A stretch of DNA of 64,000 bases, from positions 1,315 to 65,314 of the forward strand of contig NZ_CAMQRY010000003.1 of NCBI RefSeq assembly GCF_947036855.1, given 5' to 3'. Made by a program: the position numbers and the translations under genes. Of this stretch, positions 18,069 through 30,874 are shown piece by piece. How positions within the stretch are numbered: the first letter of the stretch is position 1; each line of letters starts with the position of its first letter. Under the pieces are notes generated by a model. The model searched no databases, had not been told where the DNA came from, and was given only the letters and a program-made list of their open reading frames with translations. The stretch comes from an uncultured Clostridium sp. (lineage in GTDB: Bacteria; Bacillota; Clostridia; Clostridiales; Clostridiaceae).

Positions 18069-18758
18069 ATGGGAAAGAATTATGTTGAAAGTGCAAAATT
18101 AGTAGATAAGAATGCATTATATACTCCAGCAGAAGCTTTAGAGCTTGCTGTTAAAACTGCAAAAGCTAAATTCGATGAAACAATTGAGTTACACGTAAGA
18201 TTAGGTGTTGACCCAAGACATGCTGACCAACAAGTAAGAGGTGCTGTAGTACTTCCTCACGGAACTGGTAAAGTAGTAAGAGTTTTAGTATTCGCTAAAG
18301 GAGCTAAAGCTGAAGAAGCTAAAGCTGCAGGAGCAGATTTTGTTGGAGCAGAAGATATGCTTCAAAAAATACAAGGTGAAAACTGGTTTGAATTTGATGT
18401 TGTAGTTGCAACTCCTGATATGATGGGTGTTGTAGGAAGATTAGGAAGAGTCTTAGGACCTAAAGGTTTAATGCCAAATCCTAAATCTGGAACAGTTACA
18501 TTTGATGTAACTAAAGCTATAGAAGATATCAAAGCTGGTAAAGTTGAATATAGAGTTGATAAAACTTCTATCGTTCACTGCCCAATCGGTAAAGATTCAT
18601 TCGGAGCTGAAAAACTTGGAGAAAACTTTAAAGCTTTAATGGAAGCTTTAGTAAAAGCTAAACCAGCTGCTGCTAAAGGACAATACATTAAGTCAGTTTC
18701 AGTTTCTGCAACAATGGGACCAGGAGCTAAAATTAATCCATCAAAAGTTTTAGATTAG
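18069..18758 (+). CDS. rplA: 50S ribosomal protein L1
   Basis: 229 aa with [22 protein letters not shown]. Confidence 0.97.
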   Translation: MGKNYVESAKLVDKNALYTPAEALELAVKTAKAKFDETIELHVRLGVDPRHADQQVRGAVVLPHGTGKVVRVLVFAKGAKAEEAKAAGADFVGAEDMLQKIQGENWFEFDVVVATPDMMGVVGRLGRVLGPKGLMPNPKSGTVTFDVTKAIEDIKAGKVEYRVDKTSIVHCPIGKDSFGAEKLGENFKALMEALVKAKPAAAKGQYIKSVSVSATMGPGAKINPSKVLD

Positions 18759-18772
18759 TATTAATTAACTAT

Positions 18773-18801
18773 TGACATATTTTCAATAATTAATTATAAT
18801 A
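18773..18801 (+). promoter_or_regulatory. sigma-A promoter for rplJ-rplL (TTGACA-17-TATAAT)
   Basis: Perfect hexamers at 18773-18778 and 18796-18801. Confidence 0.8.
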
Positions 18802-18824
18802 AATCTTGTTAAAAAGTAAATAAA

Positions 18825-18925
18825 GTTTCCGTAGACCGTAGGTACGTAAAGTGTAACGCATGCAACCTACATAGGACTGATTTATATATTTAAGTCTTCC
18901 TAGTCTACGGGGGGACTTTTCTTAA
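18825..18925 (+). promoter_or_regulatory. ribosomal protein L10 leader (L10(L12)4 autoregulatory RNA)
   Basis: A closing helix CCGUAGAC (18829-18836) / GUCUACGG (18903-18910) encloses internal hairpins. It lies between the promoter and the rplJ SD. The position and architecture match the Firmicute L10 leader. Confidence 0.7.
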
Positions 18926-18965
18926 TATATTAAGCAGTTTTTAACTGTGAGGAGGTGGACACACC

Positions 18966-19469
18966 GTGAACAAGAATAGACAAATTAAAGAAGCAAAAGT
19001 TGCTGAAATCAAAGGGAAATTAGAAAAAGCTCAATCTGTAGTACTTTCTAACTATCAAGGATTATCAGTAGAACAAGATACTGAATTAAGAAAATCTTTA
19101 AGAGAAGCTGGTGTTGAGTATAAAGTATACAAAAACAGTTTAGTAGTATTAGCTGCTAAAGAGCTTGGACTTGAAGGTATAACAGAATTCTTAAGTGGAC
19201 CAGTTTCAATAGCATTCGGATATGAAGATGCTACTGCTCCAGCTAGAGTTTTAAATAACTTTGCTAAATCAAGCAAGAAATTAACATTAAAAGCTGGTAT
19301 CGTTGATGGAATTATCTACGATTCAGAAAAAATTGCAATGCTTGCAGAGATTCCTTCAAGAGAAGTTCTTATTGGGAAATTCCTTGGAAGCATCAAGTCT
19401 CCAATATCAAATTTTGCATATTTATTAAGTGCAATAAAAGATCAAAAAGAGACAGAAGTAACAGAATAA
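18966..19469 (+). CDS. rplJ: 50S ribosomal protein L10
   Basis: GTG start after GAGGAGGTG; 167 aa. Confidence 0.95.
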   Translation: MNKNRQIKEAKVAEIKGKLEKAQSVVLSNYQGLSVEQDTELRKSLREAGVEYKVYKNSLVVLAAKELGLEGITEFLSGPVSIAFGYEDATAPARVLNNFAKSSKKLTLKAGIVDGIIYDSEKIAMLAEIPSREVLIGKFLGSIKSPISNFAYLLSAIKDQKETEVTE

Positions 19470-19516
19470 TAAACTAAAAAAAATAAAATAAGAAAGAAAT
19501 TTCGGAGGTGCTAAAA

Positions 19517-19876
19517 ATGACAAAAGATCAAATAATAGAAGCAATCAAAAATATGACAGTTTTAGAATTAAACGAGCTAGTATCAGCTTGTGAAGAAGAG
19601 TTTGGAGTAAGCGCTGCTGCTCCTGTAGCTGCAGCTGGAGTAGCTGGAGCTACAACAGAAGAAAAGACTGAGTTCGACGTAGTATTAGCTAGTGTTGGAG
19701 CAAGTAAAATAAAAGTAATCAAAGCAGTAAGAGAAGTTACTGGATTAGGATTAAAAGAAGCTAAAGAAATAGTTGATGGAGCTCCTAAGACATTAAAAGA
19801 AGCTATAACTAAAGATGCAGCTGAAGAAATAAAAGCTAAGTTAGAAGAAGTTGGAGCAACAGTAGAAGTTAAATAA
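19517..19876 (+). CDS. rplL: 50S ribosomal protein L7/L12
   Basis: ATG 19517 lies 6 nt after GGAGGTG. Ala-rich hinge and [19 protein letters not shown]. Confidence 0.95.
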   Translation: MTKDQIIEAIKNMTVLELNELVSACEEEFGVSAAAPVAAAGVAGATTEEKTEFDVVLASVGASKIKVIKAVREVTGLGLKEAKEIVDGAPKTLKEAITKDAAEEIKAKLEEVGATVEVK

Positions 19877-19902
19877 TTCTACTTTCTCATAATTTATAAA
19901 AT

Positions 19903-19932
19903 AGAGGTGCTTAATAGTACCTCTTTTTTTTT
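19903..19932 (+). terminator. rho-independent terminator after rplL
   Basis: AGAGGTGC-ttaata-GTACCTCT followed by T10. Confidence 0.85.
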
Positions 19933-20152
19933 GAAAAATATTTAATTATGGTTTTATTGACAGACAAGTTTCACTATGTTACTATAATTAAATGTATTAT
20001 TATTGTATATGAGTATATATAACATTATATTTGAATAAAAAATGTAAAGTTGGGTATACTAAACAGATGATATTGTATGCAGTCCAAAAGCAAAAGTCCT
20101 TAGGGAAAGTCCGCTTTTGGGTTATTTTAGTTTATACGAGGGGTGAATATTG

Positions 20153-23100
20153 ATGGTACATCCTATCCAAGTTGGAAAAAGAACAAGGATGAGCTTTGCT
20201 AAGGTAAAAGATGTCGCTGAAATGCCTAATTTAATAGAGGTTCAGTTAGATTCATACCACTGGTTTTTAAAAGCAGGTTTACAAGAGGTTTTTGATGATA
20301 TAAATCCTATTGCAAACTTCACAGGAAACTTAGTATTAGAGTTTGTTGGGTATAATCTTGATATGGAAAATGTCAAGTATACAGTAGAAGAATGTAAAGA
20401 GAGAGATGCTACATATGCAGCTCCTTTAAAAGTTACTGTAAGACTTCAAAATGAAGAAACAGGAGAAATAAAGGAACAAGAGGTGTTTATGGGAGATTTC
20501 CCACTAATGACAGATCAAGGAACTTTCATCATTAATGGTGCTGAAAGAGTTATTGTATCTCAATTAGTTAGATCACCAGGAGTTTATTATAATTCAAGTG
20601 TAGATAAGAATGGTAAAAAATTATTTGGAGCTACAGTAATTCCTAACAGGGGTGCTTGGTTAGAATATGAAACAGATTCTAATGATATTATTTACGTAAG
20701 AATAGATAAAACAAGAAAACTACCTATTTCAATCTTGGCAAGAGCTATGGGAATCGGTAGTGATCAAGAGCTATTAGATTATTTCGGAGAAGAAGAAAGG
20801 TTTAAAGCTAGTATTGAAAAAGATAACACAAAAACTAAAGAGGAAGCTCTTTTAGAGATTTATAAAAGATTAAGACCAGGTGAACCACCTACAGTTGATA
20901 GTGCGGTTTCACTTATTGACTCTTTATTTTTTGATGCTAAAAGATATGATTTATCTAAAGTTGGAAGATATAAATTCAATAAAAAATTAGCTTTAGGCTT
21001 AAGAATTGCTAATAAAATATCAGCAGAGGATATAATTGACCCTTCAACTGGAGAAATACTTGTTGCTAAAGGTGAAAAAATATCAAGAGAAATATCAGAT
21101 GATATACAAAATGCTGGTATAAATTCAGTGGATCTTTTAGTTGAAGATAGAGTTATTAGAGCTATTGGAAATCATTTTGTTGATATAAGAAAGTATATAA
21201 GTTTTGATATATCTGATTTAAAATTTAAGGAGTTAGTACATTATCCTACACTTAAAGAAATATTAGATAATTTTTCTGATGAAGCTGAGTTAAAAGTTGA
21301 ATTAAAGAAAAACATGAATAGACTTATACCTAAACATATCATTAAAGATGATATTTTTGCAACTATAAGTTATGAAATTGGTCTTACTTATGGAATTGGT
21401 GAAAAAGATGATATTGATCATTTAGGTAATAGACGATTAAGAAGTGTTGGAGAATTACTTCAAAATCAATTTAGAATTGGTTTATCTAGAATGGAAAGAG
21501 TAGTTAAGGAAAGAATGACTATTCAAGACCAAGAAGGAATTACACCACAGCAATTAATAAATATAAGACCAGTTGCAGCAGCTATAAAAGAATTCTTTGG
21601 TAGCTCACAATTATCTCAGTTCATGGACCAAACAAATCCATTATCAGAGTTAACACATAAAAGAAGATTATCAGCACTTGGACCAGGAGGTCTTTCAAGA
21701 GAAAGAGCTGGTTTTGAAGTAAGAGACGTTCATCACTCACATTATGGAAGAATGTGTCCTATAGAAACACCAGAGGGACCAAATATTGGACTTATTAACT
21801 CATTAGCTACATATGCTAAAGTAAATGAGTATGGATTTATGGAAACTCCTTATAGAATTGTTGATAAAAAGACAGGACTTATAACAAGTGAAATTAAATA
21901 TTTCACAGCAGATGAGGAAGATAAATATCTAATAGCACAGGCAAATGAGCCAATAGCTGAAGATGGTAGATTCTTAGATGCAAGAATAACTGCAAGAATC
22001 AAAGAAGAAGTGGTTATTGTTCCTAAAGAAGATATAGATTTAATGGACGTATCTCCAAGACAAATAGTATCAGTAGCTACATCTATGATACCATTCCTTG
22101 AAAATGATGATGCTTCAAGAGCTCTTATGGGTTCTAATATGCAACGTCAAGCTGTTCCATTATTAAAACCTCAAGCACCTGTAGTAGGTACAGGTATAGA
22201 GTTTAGAGCTGCGGTTGACTCAGGGGTTTTACCAAAAGCTAAAAATGCAGGAACTGTAGATTATGTAAGTGCAAATGAAATTAGAATTAAGAGAGATCTT
22301 GATGGTGGTATTGATGTATATAGACTTCTTAAATTTAAGAGAAGTAACCAAGGTACTTGTATTAATCAAAAACCTTTAGTTGATAAAAATGAAAAAGTTG
22401 CTCAAGGGCAAGTTTTATCAGATGGACCATCAACTGATTTAGGAGAAATTGCTTTAGGTAAAAACATTAGAATGGGATTCATTACATGGGAAGGATATAA
22501 TTATGAGGATGCTATGCTAATTTCGGAAGAATTAGTTAGAGAAGACGTATTTACATCAATCCATATAGAGGAATATGAATGTGAAGCTAGAGACACTAAG
22601 TTAGGGCCTGAGGAAATAACAAGGGATATACCTAATGTAAGTGAAGATACTCTTAAAGATATAGATGAAAGAGGTATAATTAGAATTGGTGCTGAGATAA
22701 GATCTGGAGATATATTAGTTGGAAAAGTTACACCAAAAGGTGAAACAGAATTAACAGCTGAAGAAAGATTACTTAGAGCTATATTTGGTGAGAAAGCTAG
22801 AGAAGTTAGAGATACTTCACTAAAAGTTCCACACGGAGAAGCTGGTATAATTGTTGATATTAAAGTATTTACTAGAGAAAATGGTGATGAATTATCTCCA
22901 GGTGTAAATGAATTAGTAAGATGTTATATTGCTCAAAAAAGAAAGATATCAGTTGGAGATAAAATGGCTGGACGTCATGGTAACAAAGGGGTTATTTCAA
23001 GGGTTTTACCTGAAGAAGATATGCCATTCTTACCAGATGGTAGACCACTTCAAATATGTCTGAATCCATTAGGAGTTCCTTCACGTATGAATATCGGGCA

Positions 23101-23842
23101 AGTGCTAGAGGTTCATTTAGGTTGGGCAGCAAGTGCATTAGGATGGCATATTGCAACTCCAGTATTTGATGGTGCTACAGAAGCAGACATTGAAAGATAC
23201 TTAGAAGAAGCAGGATATAATGCTGATGGGAAAACTGTTTTAAGAGATGGTAGAACAGGGGATGAGTTTGATAGTAGAGTTACAGTTGGAATAATGTATA
23301 TTCTTAAACTTGCTCACTTAGTTGATGATAAAATCCATGCTAGATCAACAGGTCCATACTCATTAGTTACTCAACAACCATTGGGTGGAAAAGCTCAATT
23401 TGGTGGTCAGAGATTTGGAGAAATGGAAGTTTGGGCTCTTGAAGCATATGGAGCTGCACATACTTTACAAGAAATTCTTACAGTTAAGTCTGATGACGTT
23501 GTCGGAAGAGTTAAAACTTATGAAGCTATTGTAAAAGGTGAAAATATTCCAGAACCAGGTGTACCTGAATCATTTAAAGTTCTTATTAAAGAATTACAAG
23601 CTTTATGTCTAGATGTTAAAGTTTTAAATAATTCAAATGAAGAAGTAAAACTTAAAGAAGTTGTTGAAGATGAAATAGAAGAGTTAGAAGTTAATATAGA
23701 AGGTGAAGAAGAGAAAGCAAATGCAGAATCTTCAGATGATACTTATATTGACGAAACAGAAGTTGAAGAAGAAGACGTAGATTATGATAATTTAGATCTT
23801 GAAGATTTAACAACTGACTTAGAAATAGATGATTTTGAATAA
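20153..23842 (+). CDS. rpoB: DNA-directed RNA polymerase subunit beta, with a long acidic C-terminal tail
   Basis: About 1229 aa. Canonical beta motifs are present ([59 protein letters not shown]). The start is ATG 20153 or TTG 20150. Confidence 0.97.
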   Translation: MVHPIQVGKRTRMSFAKVKDVAEMPNLIEVQLDSYHWFLKAGLQEVFDDINPIANFTGNLVLEFVGYNLDMENVKYTVEECKERDATYAAPLKVTVRLQNEETGEIKEQEVFMGDFPLMTDQGTFIINGAERVIVSQLVRSPGVYYNSSVDKNGKKLFGATVIPNRGAWLEYETDSNDIIYVRIDKTRKLPISILARAMGIGSDQELLDYFGEEERFKASIEKDNTKTKEEALLEIYKRLRPGEPPTVDSAVSLIDSLFFDAKRYDLSKVGRYKFNKKLALGLRIANKISAEDIIDPSTGEILVAKGEKISREISDDIQNAGINSVDLLVEDRVIRAIGNHFVDIRKYISFDISDLKFKELVHYPTLKEILDNFSDEAELKVELKKNMNRLIPKHIIKDDIFATISYEIGLTYGIGEKDDIDHLGNRRLRSVGELLQNQFRIGLSRMERVVKERMTIQDQEGITPQQLINIRPVAAAIKEFFGSSQLSQFMDQTNPLSELTHKRRLSALGPGGLSRERAGFEVRDVHHSHYGRMCPIETPEGPNIGLINSLATYAKVNEYGFMETPYRIVDKKTGLITSEIKYFTADEEDKYLIAQANEPIAEDGRFLDARITARIKEEVVIVPKEDIDLMDVSPRQIVSVATSMIPFLENDDASRALMGSNMQRQAVPLLKPQAPVVGTGIEFRAAVDSGVLPKAKNAGTVDYVSANEIRIKRDLDGGIDVYRLLKFKRSNQGTCINQKPLVDKNEKVAQGQVLSDGPSTDLGEIALGKNIRMGFITWEGYNYEDAMLISEELVREDVFTSIHIEEYECEARDTKLGPEEITRDIPNVSEDTLKDIDERGIIRIGAEIRSGDILVGKVTPKGETELTAEERLLRAIFGEKAREVRDTSLKVPHGEAGIIVDIKVFTRENGDELSPGVNELVRCYIAQKRKISVGDKMAGRHGNKGVISRVLPEEDMPFLPDGRPLQICLNPLGVPSRMNIGQVLEVHLGWAASALGWHIATPVFDGATEADIERYLEEAGYNADGKTVLRDGRTGDEFDSRVTVGIMYILKLAHLVDDKIHARSTGPYSLVTQQPLGGKAQFGGQRFGEMEVWALEAYGAAHTLQEILTVKSDDVVGRVKTYEAIVKGENIPEPGVPESFKVLIKELQALCLDVKVLNNSNEEVKLKEVVEDEIEELEVNIEGEEEKANAESSDDTYIDETEVEEEDVDYDNLDLEDLTTDLEIDDFE

Positions 23843-23986
23843 GATAATTTAAGTAATTTATAATAAATATCGGTTTATTCTACTGACCTTGACTAGTAGA
23901 AGATATTCTAAAAGAGAATATTCCCCTACTGGATAATTTAGTAGGGGATTTATTAAACTACAATAATATGAAGGGAGGATACACCC

Positions 23987-26900
23987 TTGTTTGAATTAAA
24001 TAATTTTGATGCTTTACAAATAGGGTTAGCTTCACCAGAGCAAATTAGAAATTGGTCTAGAGGTGAAGTTAAAAAACCTGAAACTATAAACTATAGAACA
24101 TTAAAACCAGAAAGAGATGGTTTATTCTGTGAAAGAATATTTGGACCAATAAAGGACTGGGAATGTCATTGTGGAAAATATAAAAGAGTTAGATATAAAG
24201 GTGTAGTTTGTGATAGATGTGGAGTTGAGGTGACTAAGTCTAAGGTAAGAAGAGAAAGAATGGGTCACATTGAACTTGCAGCACCAGTATCACATATATG
24301 GTACTTTAAAGGAATTCCATCAAGAATGGGATTAATTATGGATATGTCACCAAGATCTTTAGAAAAAGTTTTATATTTTGCTTCATATATTGTAATAGAT
24401 CCAAAAGAAACTGGATTAGTTAAAAAACAACTTTTAAATGAAAAAGAATATAGAGAAGCTGCTGATAAATATGGTGAAGAAAATTTTGAGGCTGCTATGG
24501 GAGCTGAAGCTGTTAAAAAGCTATTAGCTGAAATTGACTTAGAAAGAGGTTCAGTAGAACTTAAAGAAGAGTTAAAGCAAAGTACAGGACAAAAAAAGGT
24601 TAGAATAATAAGAAGACTTGAAGTTATAGAATCATTTAGAAAATCAGGAAATAAGCCTGAGTGGATGATTGTTGATGTTATACCAGTAATACCACCAGAT
24701 TTAAGACCAATGGTTCAATTAGATGGAGGAAGATTTGCTACATCTGATTTAAATGATTTATATAGAAGAGTTATAAATAGAAATAATAGACTTAAAAAAT
24801 TATTAGATTTAGGTGCTCCAGATATTATCGTTAGAAATGAAAAGAGAATGCTTCAAGAAGCGGTTGATGCTTTAATAGATAACGGTAGAAGAGGAAGACC
24901 AGTAACAGGACCAGGTAATAGACCGTTGAAATCATTATCAGATATGCTAAAAGGTAAACAAGGTAGATTTAGACAAAACTTACTAGGTAAGAGAGTTGAT
25001 TATTCAGGAAGATCAGTTATTGTAGTTGGACCTGAATTGAAAATGTATCAATGTGGACTTCCAAAAGAAATGGCTTTAGAATTATTTAAACCATTTGTAA
25101 TGAAGAAATTAGTAGAAGAAGGAATATCACATAATATCAAGAATGCTAAGAGATTAGTAGAAAGAATTATGCCACAAGTATGGGATGTTTTAGAAGAAGT
25201 TATAGCTGATCATCCAGTATTACTTAACCGTGCTCCTACACTTCATAGACTTGGAATTCAAGCTTTCCAACCAGTACTAGTAGAAGGAAAAGCTATAAAA
25301 TTACATCCGCTTGTTTGTACAGCATATAATGCTGATTTTGATGGAGATCAAATGGCTGTTCACGTACCATTATCAGTGGAAGCACAAGCTGAAGCTAGGT
25401 TCTTAATGCTAGCAGCTGGAAATATAATGAAACCATCAGATGGTAAACCAGTATGTATTCCAACACAGGATATGGTTCTTGGAACTTATTACATGACAAT
25501 GGATAAGGATAATACAGAAGGTGAAGGTAGATACTTTGCAAGTCTTAATGAAGTTATAATGGCTTATCAATTAAAGCAAATATCTATACATGCTAAAATA
25601 AATGTTAAAATTGAGAGAGAAGTTAATGGAGAAATAAAAACTGGAATAATAAAAACGACTCCAGGAAAAGTAATATTCAATGAAGCAATACCTCAAGATT
25701 TAGGGTTTATTAATAGAGAAGATGAAGCAGAGATGTTTGATTTAGAAATAGATTTCTTAATAACTAAGAAAAGTTTAGGGAAAATAATAGATAAATGTTA
25801 CTTAAAGCATGGAGCAACAAAGACATCAGTAATGTTAGATGCTATTAAAGCAACAGGATATCACTACTCATCAATAGGTGCTATAACTGTATCTGCGTCT
25901 GATATGATAGTACCAGACGCGAAGCAAGGATTATTAAAAGATGCAGATGAAACAGTTGAAAAAATTGAGAAAATGTATAGACGAGGACTTATTTCAGATG
26001 AAGAAAGATATGAAAGAGTTATTGAAAAATGGACTAATACAACAGAAGATGTAGCTAATGCATTAATGGATAGTCTAGATAAGTTTAATCCTATATTTAT
26101 GATGGCTGATTCAGGAGCCAGAGGATCAAAAGCTCAAATTAAGCAACTTGCAGGAATGAGAGGGCTTATGGCCAATCCTTCAGGTAAGATAATAGAGCTT
26201 CCAATCAGAGCTTCATTTAGAGAAGGTCTTGATGTATCAGAATATTTCATATCAACTCACGGAGCTAGAAAAGGAAATGCTGATACAGCTCTTAAAACTG
26301 CTGACTCAGGATATTTAACAAGAAGACTTGTTGATGTAAGCCAAGATGTTATAGTTAGAGAGGAAGATTGTTTCACAGATGATGGGATGTACGTATCAGA
26401 AATAAAAGAGGGTACAGAAACTATTGAAGGCTTAGAAGAAAGATTAACAGGAAGATATTCAGCTGAAGCAATATATCACCCTGTAAGTGGTGAATTATTA
26501 GTAGCTAATGATACTTATATGGGATCAGAATTAGCGGCTAAAGTTGCTGAAACTAATATTGAAAAAGTTAAAATAAGATCAGTATTTAGATGTTCTTCTA
26601 AATTTGGAGTATGTGCTAAGTGCTATGGTATGAATATGGCAACATCTGAGAAGATAAATATTGGAGAAGCTGTTGGTATAGTTGCAGCTCAATCAATTGG
26701 TGAACCAGGAACACAGCTTACAATGAGAACTTTCCATACTGGTGGAGTTGCTGGATCAGATATCACGCAAGGACTTCCAAGAGTTGAAGAGTTATTTGAA
26801 GCTAGAAAGCCTAAAGGTCTAGCTATGGTAAGTGAAGTTAATGGAACATTAAGAATAGAAGAAACTAAAAAGAAGAAGAATGTATATGTTATGTCAGCAG

Positions 26901-27523
26901 ATGGCGAAGAATATGCATATGATATTCCATTTGGTTCAAGAGTAATAGTTCTTGATGGAGGAACAATTGAAGCTGGAGAAGAAATTACAGAAGGATCAGT
27001 TAATCCTCATGATATAATGGCTATCAAAGGTGTTGATGGTGCTAGACAGTATCTTTTATCAGAAGTTCAAAAAGTTTATAGATTACAGGGTGTTGATATA
27101 AATGATAAACACTTAGAAGTAGTTGTTAGACAGATGACTAGAAAGATAAAAGTAACTGAATCAGGAGATACTGAATTATTACCTGGTGTAATGGTTGATA
27201 TGTTTGATTTCCATGGAACAAATAAGAATATTGCAAAAATAGGCGGAGAACCAGCTAAAGGAGACCAAGTTTTACTTGGTATAACTAAAGCATCTCTTGC
27301 TACAGATAGTTTCTTATCAGCAGCATCATTCCAAGAAACAACAAGAGTTCTTACAGATGCAGCTATTAAAGGTAAAATTGATCCATTAATAGGATTAAAA
27401 GAAAATGTTATTATTGGTAAGTTAATACCAGCAGGTACAGGAATGATGAAATATAGATCTGTGAAATTAAATACTGATACTGATTTAGAAGAAGATGAAC
27501 AAGTAAACATCATTGAAGAATAG
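23987..27523 (+). CDS. rpoC: DNA-directed RNA polymerase subunit beta'
   Basis: TTG start 8 nt after AGGGAGG. Zinc-binding CHCGKY...CDRCGVE and the catalytic [12 protein letters not shown] motif. Confidence 0.97.
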   Translation: MFELNNFDALQIGLASPEQIRNWSRGEVKKPETINYRTLKPERDGLFCERIFGPIKDWECHCGKYKRVRYKGVVCDRCGVEVTKSKVRRERMGHIELAAPVSHIWYFKGIPSRMGLIMDMSPRSLEKVLYFASYIVIDPKETGLVKKQLLNEKEYREAADKYGEENFEAAMGAEAVKKLLAEIDLERGSVELKEELKQSTGQKKVRIIRRLEVIESFRKSGNKPEWMIVDVIPVIPPDLRPMVQLDGGRFATSDLNDLYRRVINRNNRLKKLLDLGAPDIIVRNEKRMLQEAVDALIDNGRRGRPVTGPGNRPLKSLSDMLKGKQGRFRQNLLGKRVDYSGRSVIVVGPELKMYQCGLPKEMALELFKPFVMKKLVEEGISHNIKNAKRLVERIMPQVWDVLEEVIADHPVLLNRAPTLHRLGIQAFQPVLVEGKAIKLHPLVCTAYNADFDGDQMAVHVPLSVEAQAEARFLMLAAGNIMKPSDGKPVCIPTQDMVLGTYYMTMDKDNTEGEGRYFASLNEVIMAYQLKQISIHAKINVKIEREVNGEIKTGIIKTTPGKVIFNEAIPQDLGFINREDEAEMFDLEIDFLITKKSLGKIIDKCYLKHGATKTSVMLDAIKATGYHYSSIGAITVSASDMIVPDAKQGLLKDADETVEKIEKMYRRGLISDEERYERVIEKWTNTTEDVANALMDSLDKFNPIFMMADSGARGSKAQIKQLAGMRGLMANPSGKIIELPIRASFREGLDVSEYFISTHGARKGNADTALKTADSGYLTRRLVDVSQDVIVREEDCFTDDGMYVSEIKEGTETIEGLEERLTGRYSAEAIYHPVSGELLVANDTYMGSELAAKVAETNIEKVKIRSVFRCSSKFGVCAKCYGMNMATSEKINIGEAVGIVAAQSIGEPGTQLTMRTFHTGGVAGSDITQGLPRVEELFEARKPKGLAMVSEVNGTLRIEETKKKKNVYVMSADGEEYAYDIPFGSRVIVLDGGTIEAGEEITEGSVNPHDIMAIKGVDGARQYLLSEVQKVYRLQGVDINDKHLEVVVRQMTRKIKVTESGDTELLPGVMVDMFDFHGTNKNIAKIGGEPAKGDQVLLGITKASLATDSFLSAASFQETTRVLTDAAIKGKIDPLIGLKENVIIGKLIPAGTGMMKYRSVKLNTDTDLEEDEQVNIIEE

Positions 27524-27534
27524 TATTTAAATTA

Positions 27535-27563
27535 TTGACAGAGCTATTTTAAAGTGATAAAAT
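27535..27563 (+). promoter_or_regulatory. sigma-A promoter for the str operon (TTGACA-17-TAAAAT with an extended -10 TG)
   Basis: TTGACA at 27535-27540, TG at 27555-27556 and TAAAAT at 27558-27563. Confidence 0.7.
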
Positions 27564-27696
27564 ACAATTTGTGTGTATAGCTAAAAAGCTATTCACACAT
27601 TAAATAATGAGTATTAATTGAGATATATTAGTACTATGAAGATGTTAACATCATATTTAATATAGAATGTTATGAAATAATCAGGAGGTGAAAGGT

Positions 27697-28074
27697 ATGC
27701 CAACAATTAATCAATTAGTAAGAAAAGGCAGAAAAACATTAGTTACTAAGTCAACTGCGCCAGCGCTTAAAGAGTGCCCTCAAAGAAGAGGAGTTTGTAC
27801 AGTAGTAAAAACAAGTACTCCTAAGAAACCTAACTCAGCTTTAAGAAAAGTTGCAAGAGTTAGATTAACAAACGGATTCGAAGTTACAGCTTACATTCCA
27901 GGTGTAGGCCACAACTTACAAGAACATAGTGTTGTTCTTATAAGAGGTGGAAGAGTAAAAGACCTTCCTGGTGTTAGATACCATATTGTCAGAGGAGCAT
28001 TAGACTCAGCTGGAGTAGCTAACAGAATGCAAGGAAGATCAAAGTACGGTGCTAAGAGACCTAAGAAGAAATAA
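27697..28074 (+). CDS. rpsL: 30S ribosomal protein S12
   Basis: [12 protein letters not shown]...[13 protein letters not shown] 27697 follows GGAGG. Confidence 0.97.
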   Translation: MPTINQLVRKGRKTLVTKSTAPALKECPQRRGVCTVVKTSTPKKPNSALRKVARVRLTNGFEVTAYIPGVGHNLQEHSVVLIRGGRVKDLPGVRYHIVRGALDSAGVANRMQGRSKYGAKRPKKK

Positions 28075-28205
28075 TATTTCATTTTAAACTTAGCTTAAGT
28101 GCTATGACTTCAATTAAAAGATAGATTATATAGTTTATTATAGATAGAAGCATGCACTTTACGACAAAATGTAATTAAAGTTATGTCGAGTACCGATGAA
28201 CTTAA

Positions 28206-28703
<498 letters not shown>

Positions 28704-28717
28704 TACTAAGTACAAAG

Positions 28718-28745
28718 CTGTTTTGGTTAAGCCAAAACAGTTTTG
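28718..28745 (+). terminator. terminator-like hairpin between rpsG and fusA (possible partial terminator)
   Basis: CTGTTTTGG-ttaag-CCAAAACAG followed by TTTTGTTG. Confidence 0.5.
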
Positions 28746-28789
28746 TTGAATTTAAAAATAATTCATAAATAGAAGAGGAGGAAATTTTA

Positions 28790-30856
28790 ATGGCAAGAAA
28801 ATATGCATTAGAAAAATTCCGTAACTTTGGAATAATGGCTCATATAGATGCGGGTAAAACTACTACTACAGAGCGTATTCTTTTTTATACAGGAAGAAAA
28901 CATAAAATAGGTGAAACTCATGAAGGTGCTGCTACAATGGACTGGATGGTTCAAGAACAAGAAAGAGGTATAACAATTACTTCAGCAGCTACAACATGTG
29001 AGTGGAAAGGTTATGAGTTAAATATAATAGATACTCCAGGACACGTAGATTTCACAGTAGAGGTTGAAAGATCATTAAGAGTACTTGATGGAACAGTTAC
29101 TGTATTAGATGCTAAAAGTGGAGTTGAGCCTCAAACTGAAACTGTTTGGAGACAGGCAGATAAGTATGGTGTTCCTAGAATGATATATGTTAATAAGATG
29201 GATGCTACAGGAGCAGACTTCTATAACTGTATAGCTTCAGTAAGAGATAGATTAAGAACAAATGCTATTGCTATACAAATTCCAATAGGAAAAGAATTAG
29301 AATTCAAAGGTATGGTAGATTTAATTAAAAATGTTGCTGTAATATTCAATGATGACCTAGGTCAAGATGTATTTGAAGGTGAAATTCCAGATGAATATAA
29401 AGAGCAAGCTGAAGAATACAGAACAATGATGATAGATGCAATTGCTGAAACTGATGATGAGTTAATGGAAAAATACCTTGAAGGTGAAGAATTAACAGAA
29501 GAAGAGTTAAAAGTTGCTTTAAGAAAAGCTACTATAGCTAATCAAATAGTACCAGTAATATGTGGATCATCATATAAAAATAAAGGTGTTCAAAGAATGA
29601 TTGATGGAGTTGTTGACTTCCTACCATCACCTTTAGATATCGAAGCTATCAAAGGAACTGATTTAGAAGGAAATGATGATACTAGAGAAGCTTCTGATGA
29701 AGCACCATTATCAGCATTAGCTTTTAAAATTGCAACAGATCCATTTGTTGGAAAATTAGCATTTACAAGAGTTTATTCAGGTGTTTTAACTAGTGGAACA
29801 TATGTACTTAACTCTACTAAAGATAAAAAAGAAAGAATTGGTAGACTTGTAAAAATGCATGCTAACTCAAGAGAAGAGATAGAATCATTAGAAGCGGGAG
29901 AAATTGGTGCTATAATTGGATTAAAGAACACTACAACAGGTGATACTTTATGTTCAGAAGACCATCCAATAATCTTAGAGAGCATGGACTTCCCAGAGCC
30001 AGTTATCTCAGTTGCTATTGAGCCTAAAACAAAAGCAGCTCAAGAAAAAATGGGATTAGCTTTATCTAAATTAGCTGAAGAAGATCCAACATTTAAAACT
30101 TGGACAGATCAAGAAACTGCACAAACAATTATAGCTGGTATGGGTGAGCTTCACTTAGACATTATAGTTGATAGATTAAGAAGAGAATTTAAAGTTGAAT
30201 GTAATGTTGGAGCACCACAGGTTGCATACAAAGAGACAATCAGAAATGAAGTTCATGCAGAAGCTAAATATGCTAAACAATCAGGTGGTAAAGGTCAATA
30301 TGGTCACTGTAAGATTATTATGACACCACATGAAGGTGAGTATTTATTTGAAAATGGTGTTACAGGAGGGTCAATTCCTAGAGAATATATTCCTGCTATA
30401 GATAATGGTATCAAAGAAGCTTCAGCTAGTGGTATAATTGCTGGATATCCAGTTATTAACTTCAAAGTTAAAGTTTATGATGGTTCATATCATGATGTCG
30501 ATTCATCAGAAATGGCATTTAAAATAGCTGGATCAATGGCATTTAAAAATGCTATGAAAAAAGCAGATCCAGTATTACTTGAGCCAATAATGAAGGTTGA
30601 AATTGTTATGCCTGAAGAATATATGGGAGATGTTATCGGAGATGCTAACTCAAGAAGAGGTAGAATTGAAGGTATGGAAGCTAGAGGTGGAGCACAAGTT
30701 GTTAACACATTTATTCCACTTTCAGAAATGTTTGGATATGCAACAACATTAAGATCAAGAACTCAAGGTAGAGGAACATACTCAATGGAGTTTGATCACT
30801 ATGGAGAGGTTCCAAAGAATGTTCAAGAAGATATTGCTGGAAAAAGAGTTAATTAA
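28790..30856 (+). CDS. fusA: elongation factor G
   Basis: 688 aa with [20 protein letters not shown] and DTPGHVDF. Confidence 0.97.
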   Translation: MARKYALEKFRNFGIMAHIDAGKTTTTERILFYTGRKHKIGETHEGAATMDWMVQEQERGITITSAATTCEWKGYELNIIDTPGHVDFTVEVERSLRVLDGTVTVLDAKSGVEPQTETVWRQADKYGVPRMIYVNKMDATGADFYNCIASVRDRLRTNAIAIQIPIGKELEFKGMVDLIKNVAVIFNDDLGQDVFEGEIPDEYKEQAEEYRTMMIDAIAETDDELMEKYLEGEELTEEELKVALRKATIANQIVPVICGSSYKNKGVQRMIDGVVDFLPSPLDIEAIKGTDLEGNDDTREASDEAPLSALAFKIATDPFVGKLAFTRVYSGVLTSGTYVLNSTKDKKERIGRLVKMHANSREEIESLEAGEIGAIIGLKNTTTGDTLCSEDHPIILESMDFPEPVISVAIEPKTKAAQEKMGLALSKLAEEDPTFKTWTDQETAQTIIAGMGELHLDIIVDRLRREFKVECNVGAPQVAYKETIRNEVHAEAKYAKQSGGKGQYGHCKIIMTPHEGEYLFENGVTGGSIPREYIPAIDNGIKEASASGIIAGYPVINFKVKVYDGSYHDVDSSEMAFKIAGSMAFKNAMKKADPVLLEPIMKVEIVMPEEYMGDVIGDANSRRGRIEGMEARGGAQVVNTFIPLSEMFGYATTLRSRTQGRGTYSMEFDHYGEVPKNVQEDIAGKRVN

Positions 30857-30874
30857 TAAGAAGTATTAATATAA

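Noticed and set aside
19957-19988. TTGACA ... TATAAT pair upstream of rpoB
   Set aside because: The hexamers are perfect but the spacer is 20 nt, outside the functional 16-18 nt range. It is not reported as a promoter feature.
27076-27513. 145-aa antisense ORF inside rpoC, and the many similar antisense ORFs inside conserved genes (for example 36951-37346, 37795-38157, 5591-5947, 54036-54419, 57324-57671, 12681-13001 and 3611-3862)
   Set aside because: They lie fully within highly conserved genes on the opposite strand. They have Ser/Leu/Ile-rich shadow-frame composition typical of low-GC genomes and no SD. The copies at 15510-15698 and 31284-31472 merely mirror the tuf duplication.
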